From NCBI GenBank assembly GCA_013239625.1, contig MU053881.1, positions 3,164,001-3,228,000 of the forward strand: 64,000 nt of DNA. Direction: 5' to 3'. The translations under genes and the position numbers were made by a program. Within the stretch, counting starts at the first letter, position 1. Every line of letters begins with the position of its first letter. The notes beneath the pieces were generated by a model, which ran no database searches, had not been told where the DNA came from, and saw only the letters and a program-made list of their open reading frames with translations. The DNA is from Lama guanicoe (Eukaryota). Positions 50,351 to 62,269 of this stretch are shown here, one piece after another.

Positions 50351-52884
50351 ACCGTTTTCTTTAAAAAAGCTTAAGTGCAGCTCCACTCTAAGAAATAGTT
50401 CTCCATAACAGCATGGGTTGGATATGCTAGTTAGACATGTTTCTCATTCACTTCTGAAGAAACACAGGACCATTAACATGAAGACTGTGGTGTGCCCCTG
50501 ACAGCTTGGGAGGCCAGATAAATCCAGTCCCTTCCACGCCAGCAGGGAAGGCCCAGCCTGAGTCCCCAGCATCCAGGATGTGGGCAGAGCAGGTGCTGCT
50601 GGGTGGTTCTTGGGTAACTGACTTGACAAGTCGAGGAAACTGCTTCCAGGGGCTTGTGCAAGGTCCCCGCCCGCATCTTCCTCCGCTGACTCTGGATTCA
50701 TCACCACAGCTCCCAACCACCACCGAGGAGTCTGTGACTCTTTTTTGCTGAAGTCACATGTTTTTGGAGTGATTTGGCTTGTCTCACAGCCGCCTCTAGT
50801 GGAGGTGGCTGTGAAAATCACGCTCTGGCAGATAATTAAAACCTCAGGGAAGTGAGGAGCCAGGAGGTCCACGTCTTCTGCCAAAGAGTTGTACTCATCA
50901 GCTGGAGGAGGGGGCCCGAGGGGACACGGAGCCACCCTGACCTGCGCTCCAGCCCGGCCAGCCTCTGCTCACTTAAGGCTGCATCCTGGTCTCTTCCCTG
51001 CGGGGGTTCCTTACCTCCCATCCAGCCTGTGCCCAGCCCTTTCCAAAGCAATCAGAGCTCTGTCTCTCCTGAGAGAAACCCCTCTGTGGTCCCCACTGCC
51101 TCACCAGCGATTCTCCAAGTGAGGTCCCCGGACCAGCTGCAGCATCAGTGGGGAACTTGTTAGACAAGCAGACTCTCCACTCTATCCCAGACATATCAAC
51201 TCAAAGACTCGGCTCACTTCTCCTTGTCCCACACGTGGTCCCAGTGAAAACACTGGACCTGCCCTGCAAACACAGAAAATTCAGGAAATTCAGGGTCTGG
51301 TCTGGCCCCATTTTAACACCCGCTTAGGTGATTCTATGAGTACCCCCCACTCACCTAGAACTTCTCTGCCTGGCAAATGCCTGCTCCTCTTTCAAAGCCC
51401 AGTTCGGTTGGACAACTGTAGATATCTTTTGAGGCAGGAGAATCAAGGGCACAGGTGTGGGGGTGAGGGGAGGGTACCCATGGAAAGACATAAGACACTC
51501 TCCATCCTTCAGTTAGTTGCCAGGGATGCTCAGAGAACGATTAAGAATTATTGGGTTTAAAAACAAAGTCTGGCAGACGCTTTGGCATTTTCTGACTCTC
51601 TAGGGGTCTGTGCCCTTCCTGATCTTTGAGCTGTTTTACATCTCTGTAAGCCGTAGAAAACTGACTGCAGGCAAACTGCTCCTGTCCATAGCTATGCAAG
51701 TGAATTTCGCCCTGGAGATGCAATTGATTTCTGCTGTGCAAGGTCAGATTTGCATCCACTCACAAATTCATGGCAACGGTTCTAACTGCTGATTCAAGAG
51801 TCTTTTCCTTGGGTTCTCCTGGAATCTGTTGTAATATCTTCCTCCTTCCCTCATGACGAATGAGCTAAAAACAGGTCTTTGACACCAGCTCATTTTGTAT
51901 TGGTATAACAGTCATAATTTTACCTTGTTAAATAAATGCTCCATTAATAATTATTTAATTTGACAATGAAGGCCAGTGTGGTCTGTGGTGAGTAAGAAAT
52001 GGGGGTGGGAATGGATAGGGAGCAAATAGAGAGTGTTTAGTCTCTAAGGAACAAAAATCCCAACCAAACTAGTCCAGCAAAAGGGAATTTTGCTAGAAAG
52101 ATCCAGGGTCCTCTTATGAAACCCAAGGGTAGGCTGAATGGCCAGACCTCACCTAAACTAGGAACGGTCTGGGAGATTATTGTTCGGCTGCAAATAACTG
52201 AAATAAAATATATGGGAGAAATACAGAAGTCGGAAGCTCAGGGCTAGTGTGACATGCCATGGAAAACTCAGACACGGATTTTTCTGCTCTGTCATCCTCA
52301 GCACACTTCCATCCTCAAAGTTACCTCAGTGTCTAATATGACTGCTGAGGCTCCAGCCATCACTTCTATATTCTAGGCATCAGGAAAAAGGAAGGGAAGT
52401 CCCTTTTAAGAAAACTTCCAGCTAGTTCCACACACTTCTACTGGCCATACAATACTATTAGATATTTTAAAAATATCCAGATTTTTGGAGTCTCTTGAAA
52501 GAAAAACAAACAACTTACATTCCCCATGGGAACCTTTGGGAGGTCTCCTCTTTAGACAGGGCCTTGCTGTCCAGTTTGCACACCACTTCAGGTTTTTTGT
52601 AGGGCTTGTGACTTTGAACGCCAACCTTTCTAAGGGAGGAGCTAATGAGCCCAGATCACCTGGAATAGTAGCCACTCACGGCCTGGTTGTTCCGGCCCCT
52701 GGGGAAGGGGGATGTGGCCATGGGGCAGTTTTCCAGATCGGGCTGGTGTAGCGTGTCTGTTACAAATGAGAATCCATCTGCATTGGCATCCTGGGGAATT
52801 GCAAGACCAGGCCAGCTGCCAGAGCCTTGAACTACCTCCTTTATGAGCCCCTACTGAATGCAGCATCTGTGGGACTCCAAATCC

Positions 52885-53060
52885 CATTTTACCAGAGTTC
52901 CTCAAAGTGTAACACAGAAGCCTCCTGCACCAGCATCCCCTGAGGAGCCTATTTAAATGTCGACTCCTAGGCTGTGTTCCAGAACTGCAGAACCGGACTC
53001 TCTGGGTGGGGGCGAAGGACTGTGCATTTTAGCAGACTCCCAGGGAATTCCGAGCACGGG
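52885..53060. mobile_element. MER5-like hAT MITE (related copies at ~51105-51210 and ~57720-57910)
   Basis: ttcctcaaagtgt...ccagcatcccctgaggagcctatttaaatgtcgactcctaggc...tgtgcattttagcagactccc. Confidence 0.65.
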
Positions 53061-56000
53061 CAGGGGATCTGCTCCCGTCGACTGTCCAGGCAGTCAGGGA
53101 GTCAGTAGAAGCCCTTCTATCCGGAAGCTGCTGGCCCCTGCAGGGCTCTCGTCCCAAAGGCAGTTGGAGGCTGCCAGGGGCATCTCCTGCCCGAAAGGCT
53201 AACCGTGGGCTGCAGGGAGGAGTCTCCTGTTAATTTTCTATTTCAATTAGGAGAAGGAAGGCGGAGGGGCAGACAGCAAGTGTGGGGAAGGGTAGAGAAG
53301 AGCGAGTTACTACGCAATCAACACGCAGAGGTCACACCAGGTTCCCTTCCTCGCTCCGCTGGGGCCAGCTTACTCTGGGGCTGTTTCCACCCCCACCCTT
53401 CCCCGTATGTGGACAGTCAGTAGCATAATGGCTGATAAATGGCCGATAGCTGTTCCATGTCATCTGAATGCTGTCAGTTCTTATGTTATCTGTTTCCTCC
53501 CTTTCTGTTATCATCACCTTCCCTTTCCTGGGGGAGCCTTCCCCATTTGGGCCAGGACGGGCCAGTGTGAGCCAGAATTAGGACTTGAGTGGGAACCACA
53601 GGGGAGGGACGTTCTCCCCCAGGGAGCCGTGGGGATGTGGGCTGTGCCAGCTTGTCCCCTCAAAGGGCAATTCTGCCTGGGAAGGAAGCCAGTGGAGGGG
53701 GAAGCTGGGCTGAGAGAAGAGAGGCCAAGAAAACGTCAGTTGACATCCTGGAAGCCCTTGCCTCAAAGCCAGGCCCACTCCAGCCAGCGGATTTCCGTTT
53801 CTGCTACTGTTAACTTCAGCTGGCTTTCTGTTACAGAGGGAGTGACAGAAGGTCCCATACAACCAGCAGCTAGCAAATCTGAAGCCTGTGTTTGCTGCTG
53901 AGTATTGCATTTGACACCACACAATCAATGCTTGGTCACTGTTTTGGACCCTCTTTGGCTTCTAATCATTTGTGCCAGATATTTGCTCTTTTCCCCTTTA
54001 TTGCTTCATTCCTTTGTGCTTGAACCATGGTGACAGCTGGCAGAGTTAAATGCATGTGCAGGAAAAGGCATGCAGCTTTCATGTAAGTGACAACTCTTTT
54101 CTGATTGGCTGCCTGGACTGTTGGGTTAAGAAATCAGTGGGAAACAACTCAGGGCTTGATTAGCAATGTCTGCTATGGGAGCTGCAGTCTAGCGTGGGTG
54201 TGCATGTTATAGTCTTTCCAGAGTGAATTATTCTTTTACTGGTGTTATTTCCAATCAATAAAAGTGAATTTTAGTGGCTATGTGCTCCATATTTCCCCAA
54301 CTGGGGCCACCTCACAGCCCAATTCAGAAATTGGAGCACAGGAAGATGTGTGGCCAGAGGTGACTGAGGGAATTTGTAAAGAACTTGGGGTGGTGGCCAG
54401 AAGCCACATCTAGTGTCTGCCACTTGCTGGGTGATGCTGGGCAACCATTTTCCCTCCCCCAGCACTAGTGAGAGGGATTTGAACCAGGAGGACTGGAGGA
54501 GGCCCGATGACGTGTGTGTAATTGGCACTGCCCCTCCCGTCCTCTCCCTGGCCTTAATGCTCTGGTGACATCAACCTACTTGTCATTCTACAAACACATT
54601 GCTTTGCCTCTGTGCCTTTGAAGATCTTTTTCTCCTTGGGAGATACTTCCCTCACACACTCCTCATCATTCCTTAGTACCCTGCTCAGATATCCCCTCCT
54701 CCTCCTCCCTGGTCAGAGCCTCCACTTGGGTTGTGGTTGGGCTGTGAGTTGCGTGAAGGCAGGTCCAGGTCTGTTTCAGCTCATGCCCCAGAGCTTGGCC
54801 CATGACCTGGCACAAAGCAAGTGTTCCATGATGAATTAGTAAATGACCCCTTTTCAGAGACAGGAGGCAGCTGAGAAATTGAAGGAAAGGACAAAATCCC
54901 AAAGAATTTCGTTCTTCCTCTATTTCTCCTCCTTTCCTCCCTCTCTTCTTTCATCTCCCATTGAATTTCGAAGAAGAAAGGGCCTGTGAGATTATGGTCA
55001 CTACCTTTGGAGGTGAAATTCCTGACTTACGACACTGGCCTGGGCTGGCTGGGCTCCACGAGGTGGGGAGGCTCTGAGTTTCCAGATCTGCTCTCACTTC
55101 CAAGGGCAGGGTGGCTGGGACACTCCAGAGACTCAATCAGAGCCACTGTTTACATGCTAAAGACTGTTTTTCTCTGAACTTCCTGCAAATTGGACTGAAT
55201 GTGCTAAATACATAATGAATCTGCTACACTCTTTAATGTGCCTGCAAGTATTTATTGATTTCCTTGCTGATTACATATAATTTGCTGAACCGATGTGGCT
55301 GGGTGACTTGAAAGGCTCTGGGGAGAGATCTCCGCAATTTGTCACTCAACTAACCCTGGACTTTAAAATGAATGCAGAATGATATGTGAAAAGACAGCTA
55401 GGGTCATGATCCTAATTATCTTTCGCTGATGGCACCATATTCAATGCAGCATTTTTTTTTAAACTGAGTTCCAACTCTATGCCAGGCCCTAGGTGAGTTG
55501 CTGGGGCTTCACTGATGAGCAGGAGTGTGTTTCTGACCTTGGTGTGCTTACAGTCTATGGGGGAGGGGCTAGATAGACAGGCCCACAGGGGCTTACAATT
55601 CAGAGCATAGAAATTCATCTGTGAAGGTCAAAGAAATCTTCAGAGAGAATTTGACCTTTGAGCTGTTTCTTGAAGGATGTGCGGGAGTTTCCAGGCAAGT
55701 GGGATACAGTAGATGTCTGCTGCTCTTGCCGGCCTGGCTTCCCCCAGCCCTTCTTTGATAACAGCATCCAGGTTTTCTTTGAGAACTTGCTTCTGGATCG
55801 TGCTTCCCATCAGGTGCTAGTGGAACCAGGGGTGCTCCCCACCCCCACCCCCCAGCCAACATGTGCATCCTTTAGACCCTCCTCCTGCCATTTGCCAAGG
55901 TGTCTTACAAGGGCAGAAGGTGGCTGGAGTCAAGACTTCCCAAGACGGTCCTTGAATTTCTGCTGCTGGGATTCAGCCATACCGGGGTGGCTTCCTTCTT

Positions 56001-56149
56001 GAGTCTCAGTCTCCGAGCTACTCAGTAGCCAGGCTTGGTTTCTGTTGCTTACAATCAAATGTCCGGAAATGACACACTGGGTGTCAAGGGTCTTTCCCTC
56101 CACTCTGTCACTCCCTGAGGAAGAACTGCTCCTTCTTTTCTGGCAAGAC

Positions 56150-57170
56150 CATCAGCCCATGCTATGCCTCTGTCAGGACCATGTGCTCAGGACCCACATT
56201 TCAGTCTCCATCCCTGACTTCTCCATGGAGTTAGGGACTTATGTATCTAACTGTTACATGAACGTGGCCAGTTGGATGTCTAACACACATCCAAAACACG
56301 TACCTCAATCCCCACTCCCCTACCCTGGAAACAACCGCTTTCTCTCCCTGTCAGTAAATGCATCACCATCCACCCCTGAGCTCAAGCTAGTTGTCCTCTG
56401 TCTGCTTGGCTTTCTCTCTACCTGCCTGGTCCCATGCCCCGCCCAGTCCTGTTGGCTCTACCATCCTTCCCCTATAAATTCCGTGTTGAACCTGTCCTTT
56501 TCTTTCTATGTGGACCCTGCAAACCTCAGTCAGACATCTTCTCAGGATCCTCTAGATCCTGGAATCGCTTCTTAAATCCAGTCTGCAACTCTACAATTCT
56601 ATATGCTGCTATGTTTGAAACCCTCCCAAGGCATCCTACTGCTTTTGAGATACGATTCAAATTTCCCACTGTGGTCTGGCACATCCTGCTCCATTTGGCT
56701 CCTTCCTGCTTCCCTGTCCTCATCCCCTACCCCTCTTCCCTCACATTCCAACCCTCAACCTACTGGTCTTCCTGTTCCAGGCACCCACGGAGCTCCGAGG
56801 GGCTTTGCGCCGGTGGGGCTCTCTGTCTGGGTCTGCTTCTCCCCATCTCTGTCTGGTGGCTCCTTCTCATCGTGCTGGCTCAGGGTCTCTGCCCGAAGGC
56901 CCTCTCCTTGGTGAAGCCCAGCCTGAGCATGCTAGGCACTCGCTCCCCACTCCAAGTGGACCCATCCAGGTTTGTGTTTCTCTTTGCACATATTGCTGTC
57001 ACATCTTGCGGGGCTCCTTCGTCCGCTCGTTTCGTGTCTGTCTTCTCCCCTGGAATGAGGACTCCAGCTGTGCAAGCGCTCCTCTATTTAGCCGCCGCTG
57101 CACGGCTGTAACCCTGCCCACAGAAGGTGCTCAAATCTTTGTGTTGTGCAAACACAGGAGTGAGTGAATG
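56150..57170 (+). mobile_element. L2 fragment (~1 kb)
   Basis: Extended L2-like text ending aggtgctcaaatct...gagtgagtgaatg; a second L2 3' end follows at ~57200-57340. Confidence 0.75.
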
Positions 57171-59374
57171 TACCCATGAACGAGGAGCACAGAGCTCGGG
57201 GTTTTGCTTGTGCCATCTCTCCTGCTAGACTGCACTCCTTGAGGACAGGGACCGGGTCTGTCTTTAATCTCAGGATCCCCAGCACCCGGTAGCTAGCTGA
57301 CACATAGCAGGCCTTCAACGAACGTGTGTTGAAAGAATGCAGAAGTAAGTGGCATGCGTGGCAGAGGGTCCAGGATAATGATGATTGTGGAGGCTTGATT
57401 TGTGTCAAGCAGATTTACATACTCTGCTCTTGGAGAAGAAGTTGAGCCCAACTGCTTTTTTACGGTGCAGAAGTGTTTGCGTGCACACACAGGCCGTGCT
57501 GCGGTTAAGAGGTGAGCCCACTGATAAACTCTTTACAATGAACAATAGAAAGCAGAAGAATAGAAATGGTTTCCCAGAACCAGAGTTCACAGGGAACCAA
57601 AGATGGAAATCAGAAATTCCCCAGAAAAGAAAAGTGTTGGGAGGGGACATTGAGACCTTGATAGACATCCAGACTTCGTCAGATTGCGGGGTGAAAAGGG
57701 GCCTTGACATTCTTTGAGGCCAGACATTCTCAAATGTTAACAAGCATTAGAATGGCGATCCGGAGAAAGGGGCAGATTCCCGGGGCCCATCCCCAGAGAT
57801 TCTGACCCTAAATCTGGGTTTAATTTAGTTCTGTGAAGCTCTATTTCGTCAATCACTCCCTGGTGATTCTGGCATAGGAAGTCATCAATCCCCAGGCCAG
57901 AGAAACCCTGAAATAAACCAAACCCTATCGGATGCCTTGAATTCTCTCTGTAACAAACCCTCTGAATATCCTTCTTCCTGCCTGTGATACCTTGTGATGG
58001 GAATTCACTGTCTTTGGAAACTACAGACTGTTGGAAAGTTTTATTCTGTGTGTGTGTGTGTGTGTAATGCCATTTGTAGTAGAAGGTATAATCTTTACGA
58101 GAGCTTTTTTTTTTTAAAGATGATATCATTCCTCTATTTGCCAATTCCATAGTGCTAATTTGTGTTACAGATGCACATTTTGTAGCAAAAAAATAAAATA
58201 AAATATATGACTGAATGTATCAGAATATTGGAAGGATTTTAAAAAACAGAAGAAGGAAGATTGTTGCTGAAGGGTGAGTGATGTAAAACACTGGATGACA
58301 GGAAGCCGTGCAGAACCTGGAAGCTGAAATTAAAAGCTTTGGATGCATGCCAAATGGTGGAGTTTGGACACCATTACCAGACACCAGGGACTTGTTGAAG
58401 AGTTTTTAGTACAGAACATCACACCTAAAGCAGCACAGGTAGGCTATGATGAGTGTTTGGTATGGCTCAATCCAGTACCTGGTTTCTTTATCTCCCCTTC
58501 TCTTGGCTCTCCTTTATTATCAGGCCTCATGGCACAACATGGCTACAGCAGTTCCAGCCCTTGCACTCTCTCTGTAACTCCTCCCTAGGCAGAGAGAGTC
58601 ATAATATATTTCTTAAATTCACAGAAATGGGCTAAAGGTATCTTATCTCATTGGCTTCAAGTGGGTCAAGTATCCATCTCTGACTCCATTACCAAGATTT
58701 AGGAAATATGAAATTCTGATTGGTCAGGCTTAAGCCACACATCTATGGAAGGGGTCAAGTCAACTCTACTGGAAACAAAGGGACTGCCTATGGAGGATGA
58801 GTTGTCCTGCAGAAGGAGATTTGATGAATCAATTAAATGAACTCTTCAATATTACAGAGAACCACTCTGTTCTTAGCTGTGTGTTGGAAAAGGCAGAGGT
58901 AGAAGCCTGTCTGTGGCTCAGGGAACCAGGGCCAAGGAACAGAAGGGTGTGAGATGGAGAGAGCAGAGTGGCAGAGGAGGAAAGTCTTGGAGGACACAAA
59001 CTGGAGTGCACGGTGCTTAGAAGGTCAAGTCCTGACCCAGCCATTTACTTCCTGGGTGGTCTTGAGCATGTTACTCATCTCTCTGGGCCTCGTTTTTCTC
59101 CCCTAAAGTAGTATATGAAATGCTTTCTTTAGACAGTCGCTTGTAGGGAGCTGATAATCTTATGTACAGTCCCTGGCACATAATACCTACTCAATAAAAA
59201 TCAGCAATTACAATATTTCCTTGGTTCTAAGACAGTGATGATTATAAAAGAATCACTGATTTAATAAACTTTTGGAGAGGGAATAAAAGCTGCCGTATCA
59301 ATGGTGTGAAATATTCTGATTTCAGAAATGTTAAAATGTGAAAAAGACGTGTCTGAATTGAGGAAATGGACAAC

Positions 59375-59660
59375 AGTGATGATGATGGTGGTGATGATGA
59401 TGTTGGTGATGATGATGATGGTGATGATAAGTGATGATGTTGGTGATGATCGTGATTATGATGATGATGGTTGTGGTGATGATGGTGACGATGGTGGTGA
59501 TGATTATGATGATGGTGATGATGATAATGTTGGTGATGATCGTGATTATGATGATGGTGATGATGGTGATGGTGGTGGTGATGATGGTGGTGGTGATGAT
59601 AATGGTGTTGATGTTGGCAAAAATGATGGTGGTGATGGTGATGATGGTGATGATGATTGG
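59375..59660. repeat. Imperfect (GAT/GGT)n trinucleotide repeat
   Basis: Directly visible. Confidence 0.95.
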
Positions 59661-60945
59661 GAGCAGGTGATCAGTGGGTAAGAGTACAGATTTGGAGATT
59701 TCAGAACTGCACAGAAACCCTGGTTTTGGCACCCACTATGTGTCTGATGTTGAGATACGTAAGCCGTAAAAAGGGAATCAACAAATGATACCTTTCTCTC
59801 CTTGCCCACTCAGTGCCTCAGTTTCTCCTGTCTCATGACACCAAACTTCACAATTTTTGTCTTCCTTACACATAGTTGTATTCACCTCCTTTTCTACAGT
59901 TTTTAAGATAATCAAACTGTTTTGGTAATTTAGGAAGATTTCTTCTAGGGAAACTATAAAGAAAAAAATCATCTTATTTCATCTCTGCTCCCTGGAGATA
60001 AGTCTTTACTATTTTATTGGATTTCATTTTATGATATTTTTCTATATATAAGATTTTGTTGTTGTCAAAGTTGTTATCATCCTGTAATTTCAATTTTGTA
60101 TCCTAGTCCCTTCCCGGTTATTACCAGCTCTCCCTGAATAGAATCTTAATGACCGTAATATTTTTCATCATGGGTCTGGAATTGGTTGACTTAATCATTT
60201 CTATTTTTGAACGCTTAGCAGTTTTCCACATTTTCACTGCTGTTGCTAACGTAGGGAAGACAAATTTTCTGGGAAAACTTATATCTCATTTCTGATAACG
60301 TCATAAGAATACATCCTGGAATTGTAGAAATTCCAGGGGAATTATAGAAATACTGGGGAAAGAGTCGGAACATGTTTTCCAGTTCTTGGTTGCCAAGGTG
60401 TTTTTCAAAATAATTTTTAACACTATATGATCTTGTAGATATCTGAAAGGCCTGTTTCAAATGCTAGGGGTGTACACAAATGTGTATGCATGCAGAAATA
60501 CACATGGGCACACATGTTTAGCATTTGCCGTGAATCACCCCTAAGACTAGGAACCAGGGGTCTATGCAACCAGGGAAACAGCCCTTCAAAACCCGGCCAC
60601 CCTAGCTCAGCGTTAAAAGAAGCCAAAGAGGCTGACATAGGAACGGATTGGACAGTAGCCTTTATCTTTCCGATTCTGGCTCAGACATTCGATTCTGGCT
60701 AGCGCCCTGTGGCTTCCCCTGTAAGATGTGGCTGCCTTCTTCTCTCCCTCCCTGCACAGTGCAAAGTGCCAGGATAATTTCCTTATGGCTTACGTGACGA
60801 TGTCAGTCCTATACTTTCCTCTCCAGGAAACTCTCTGCGGGGCCCTAGGCAGCTACCCTCACCAGTGCAATTTGCACCTGAAACCTCTCTCACAGCGTGC
60901 AGGAAAATATACCAGAATGTGAGAATCCACATTTGAAGTTCTCAT

Positions 60946-61099
60946 TTTTTAAAATTTATTGTTTTCTTCCAGTTTTGACATGGATTTGTATTATACTGCA
61001 ATTTTTTTGGCTTGCTTTTAATGGAGGTACTGGGGATTGAACCCAGGACCTCATGCATGCTAAGCACACACTCTGCCACTGAGCTATACCTTCCCTTCA
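60946..61099 (-). mobile_element. tRNA-derived SINE with an atypical 3' tail
   Basis: TSD GAAGTTCTCAT at 60935-60945 and 61100-61110; SINE head at ~61020-61096. Confidence 0.9.
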
Positions 61100-61114
61100 G
61101 AAGTTCTCATATTT

Positions 61115-62220
61115 TTCAAAACTTTTTTGGGGGTGAAAAATAATACATGTTCAGAAAAGGACATACGATTCAAATGTACAGTTTAATGAATTGTTCTAAA
61201 ATAAAAATCCATGTAACCACCACCCAAGCCAAGAAATAAACACCGGTCAGTGCCCTAGAAACCTCTATGTGCCCCTTCAGTTACACTCCTCTCCATCCCT
61301 GCTGAAAGTAACTGTTGTCCTGACTTTCACGGTAATCACTATATCAATGTTTTTCATGGTAATGGTACCTAGCTTCGCATTCCTGAACACTCCAGTTTAA
61401 TTCTGCCTGGTTTTGAAAATGAATAATTATATATACACATAATTATAAAATGAAAAATATGTGACCTCTTGTATCTGACTTCTTTAGCTCAAAAATAAGC
61501 TTTGAAGATTCATCCACATTGTTGCGTAACAATTTTGTTGGTGAATTTCATTCCATTGTATGACTAAACCACAGTTTATATCATCATTCCACTAGGGGTC
61601 TGCCAACGACAGCCCGGGGGCCAAAATCCAAGCCAGTGTCTGTTGTCTACAAATAAAGTTTTATTAGAACACAGCCACACCCACTCATTTGCATATTGTC
61701 TGTGGCTGTTTCACTACGTAAAGAAGAGCTGCGTTGCTGTAGTGGAGAGCATAGGGCCTGCCAAATACTGAGGTATTTACTATCTGGCCTTTTGCGAAAA
61801 AAAGTTTGCTAACTCCTCCCTCCTACAGTTGGTGTACAGTTAAGGGGTTCTCCAGTTTGGAGCCATCATAATTATTTTATGCACCTTTCTCTTGGTGTGT
61901 AGGTGCTCAAGGTTTTCTGGGGTGTACCTAAGAGCAGAATTGTTGGCTCACATGACACACATATTTTCAAATTTTCTAGGTAATGCCAAACTGTCCCAAA
62001 GTGGCTGAATTAATGTGCACTCCTCACCCGTGTATACGAGTTCCTGCTGCTTCACATCTTCCAGACACGCGTATGGTCAGAATTTTTAATTTTTTCCAAT
62101 CTGATGGGTCTGAATCAGTATCTTGCATCTTAGAATTTACATCTCCCCGACAGCTAATGAGGTCAAGCGTTCTTTCATTTGTGGTTTGGCTCTTTCTATT
62201 TCCATTCCTTTAAATTTCCT
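61115..62220 (-). mobile_element. Old L1M 3' region with a nested MER58A (~61592-61820)
   Basis: aaatgtacagtttaatgaatt...ccatgtaaccaccaccc; MER58 ends taggggtctgccaac...aaagtttgctaactcct. Confidence 0.75.
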
Positions 62221-62269
62221 GGTCACTTTGCTTTATATTTAGTTTTGAATGTTTTGGTTAAGCAAACAA

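Noticed and set aside
50444..50935. 163-aa minus-strand ORF in largely unique DNA
   Set aside because: Non-ATG start, no recognisable domain and no convincing splice context
56045..57111. 176- and 225-aa ORFs
   Set aside because: Lie within a decayed L2; no protein-like composition or exon structure
59328..59809. Poly-Asp/Gly, poly-Ile/His and poly-Met ORFs
   Set aside because: Translations of the (GAT/GGT)n repeat
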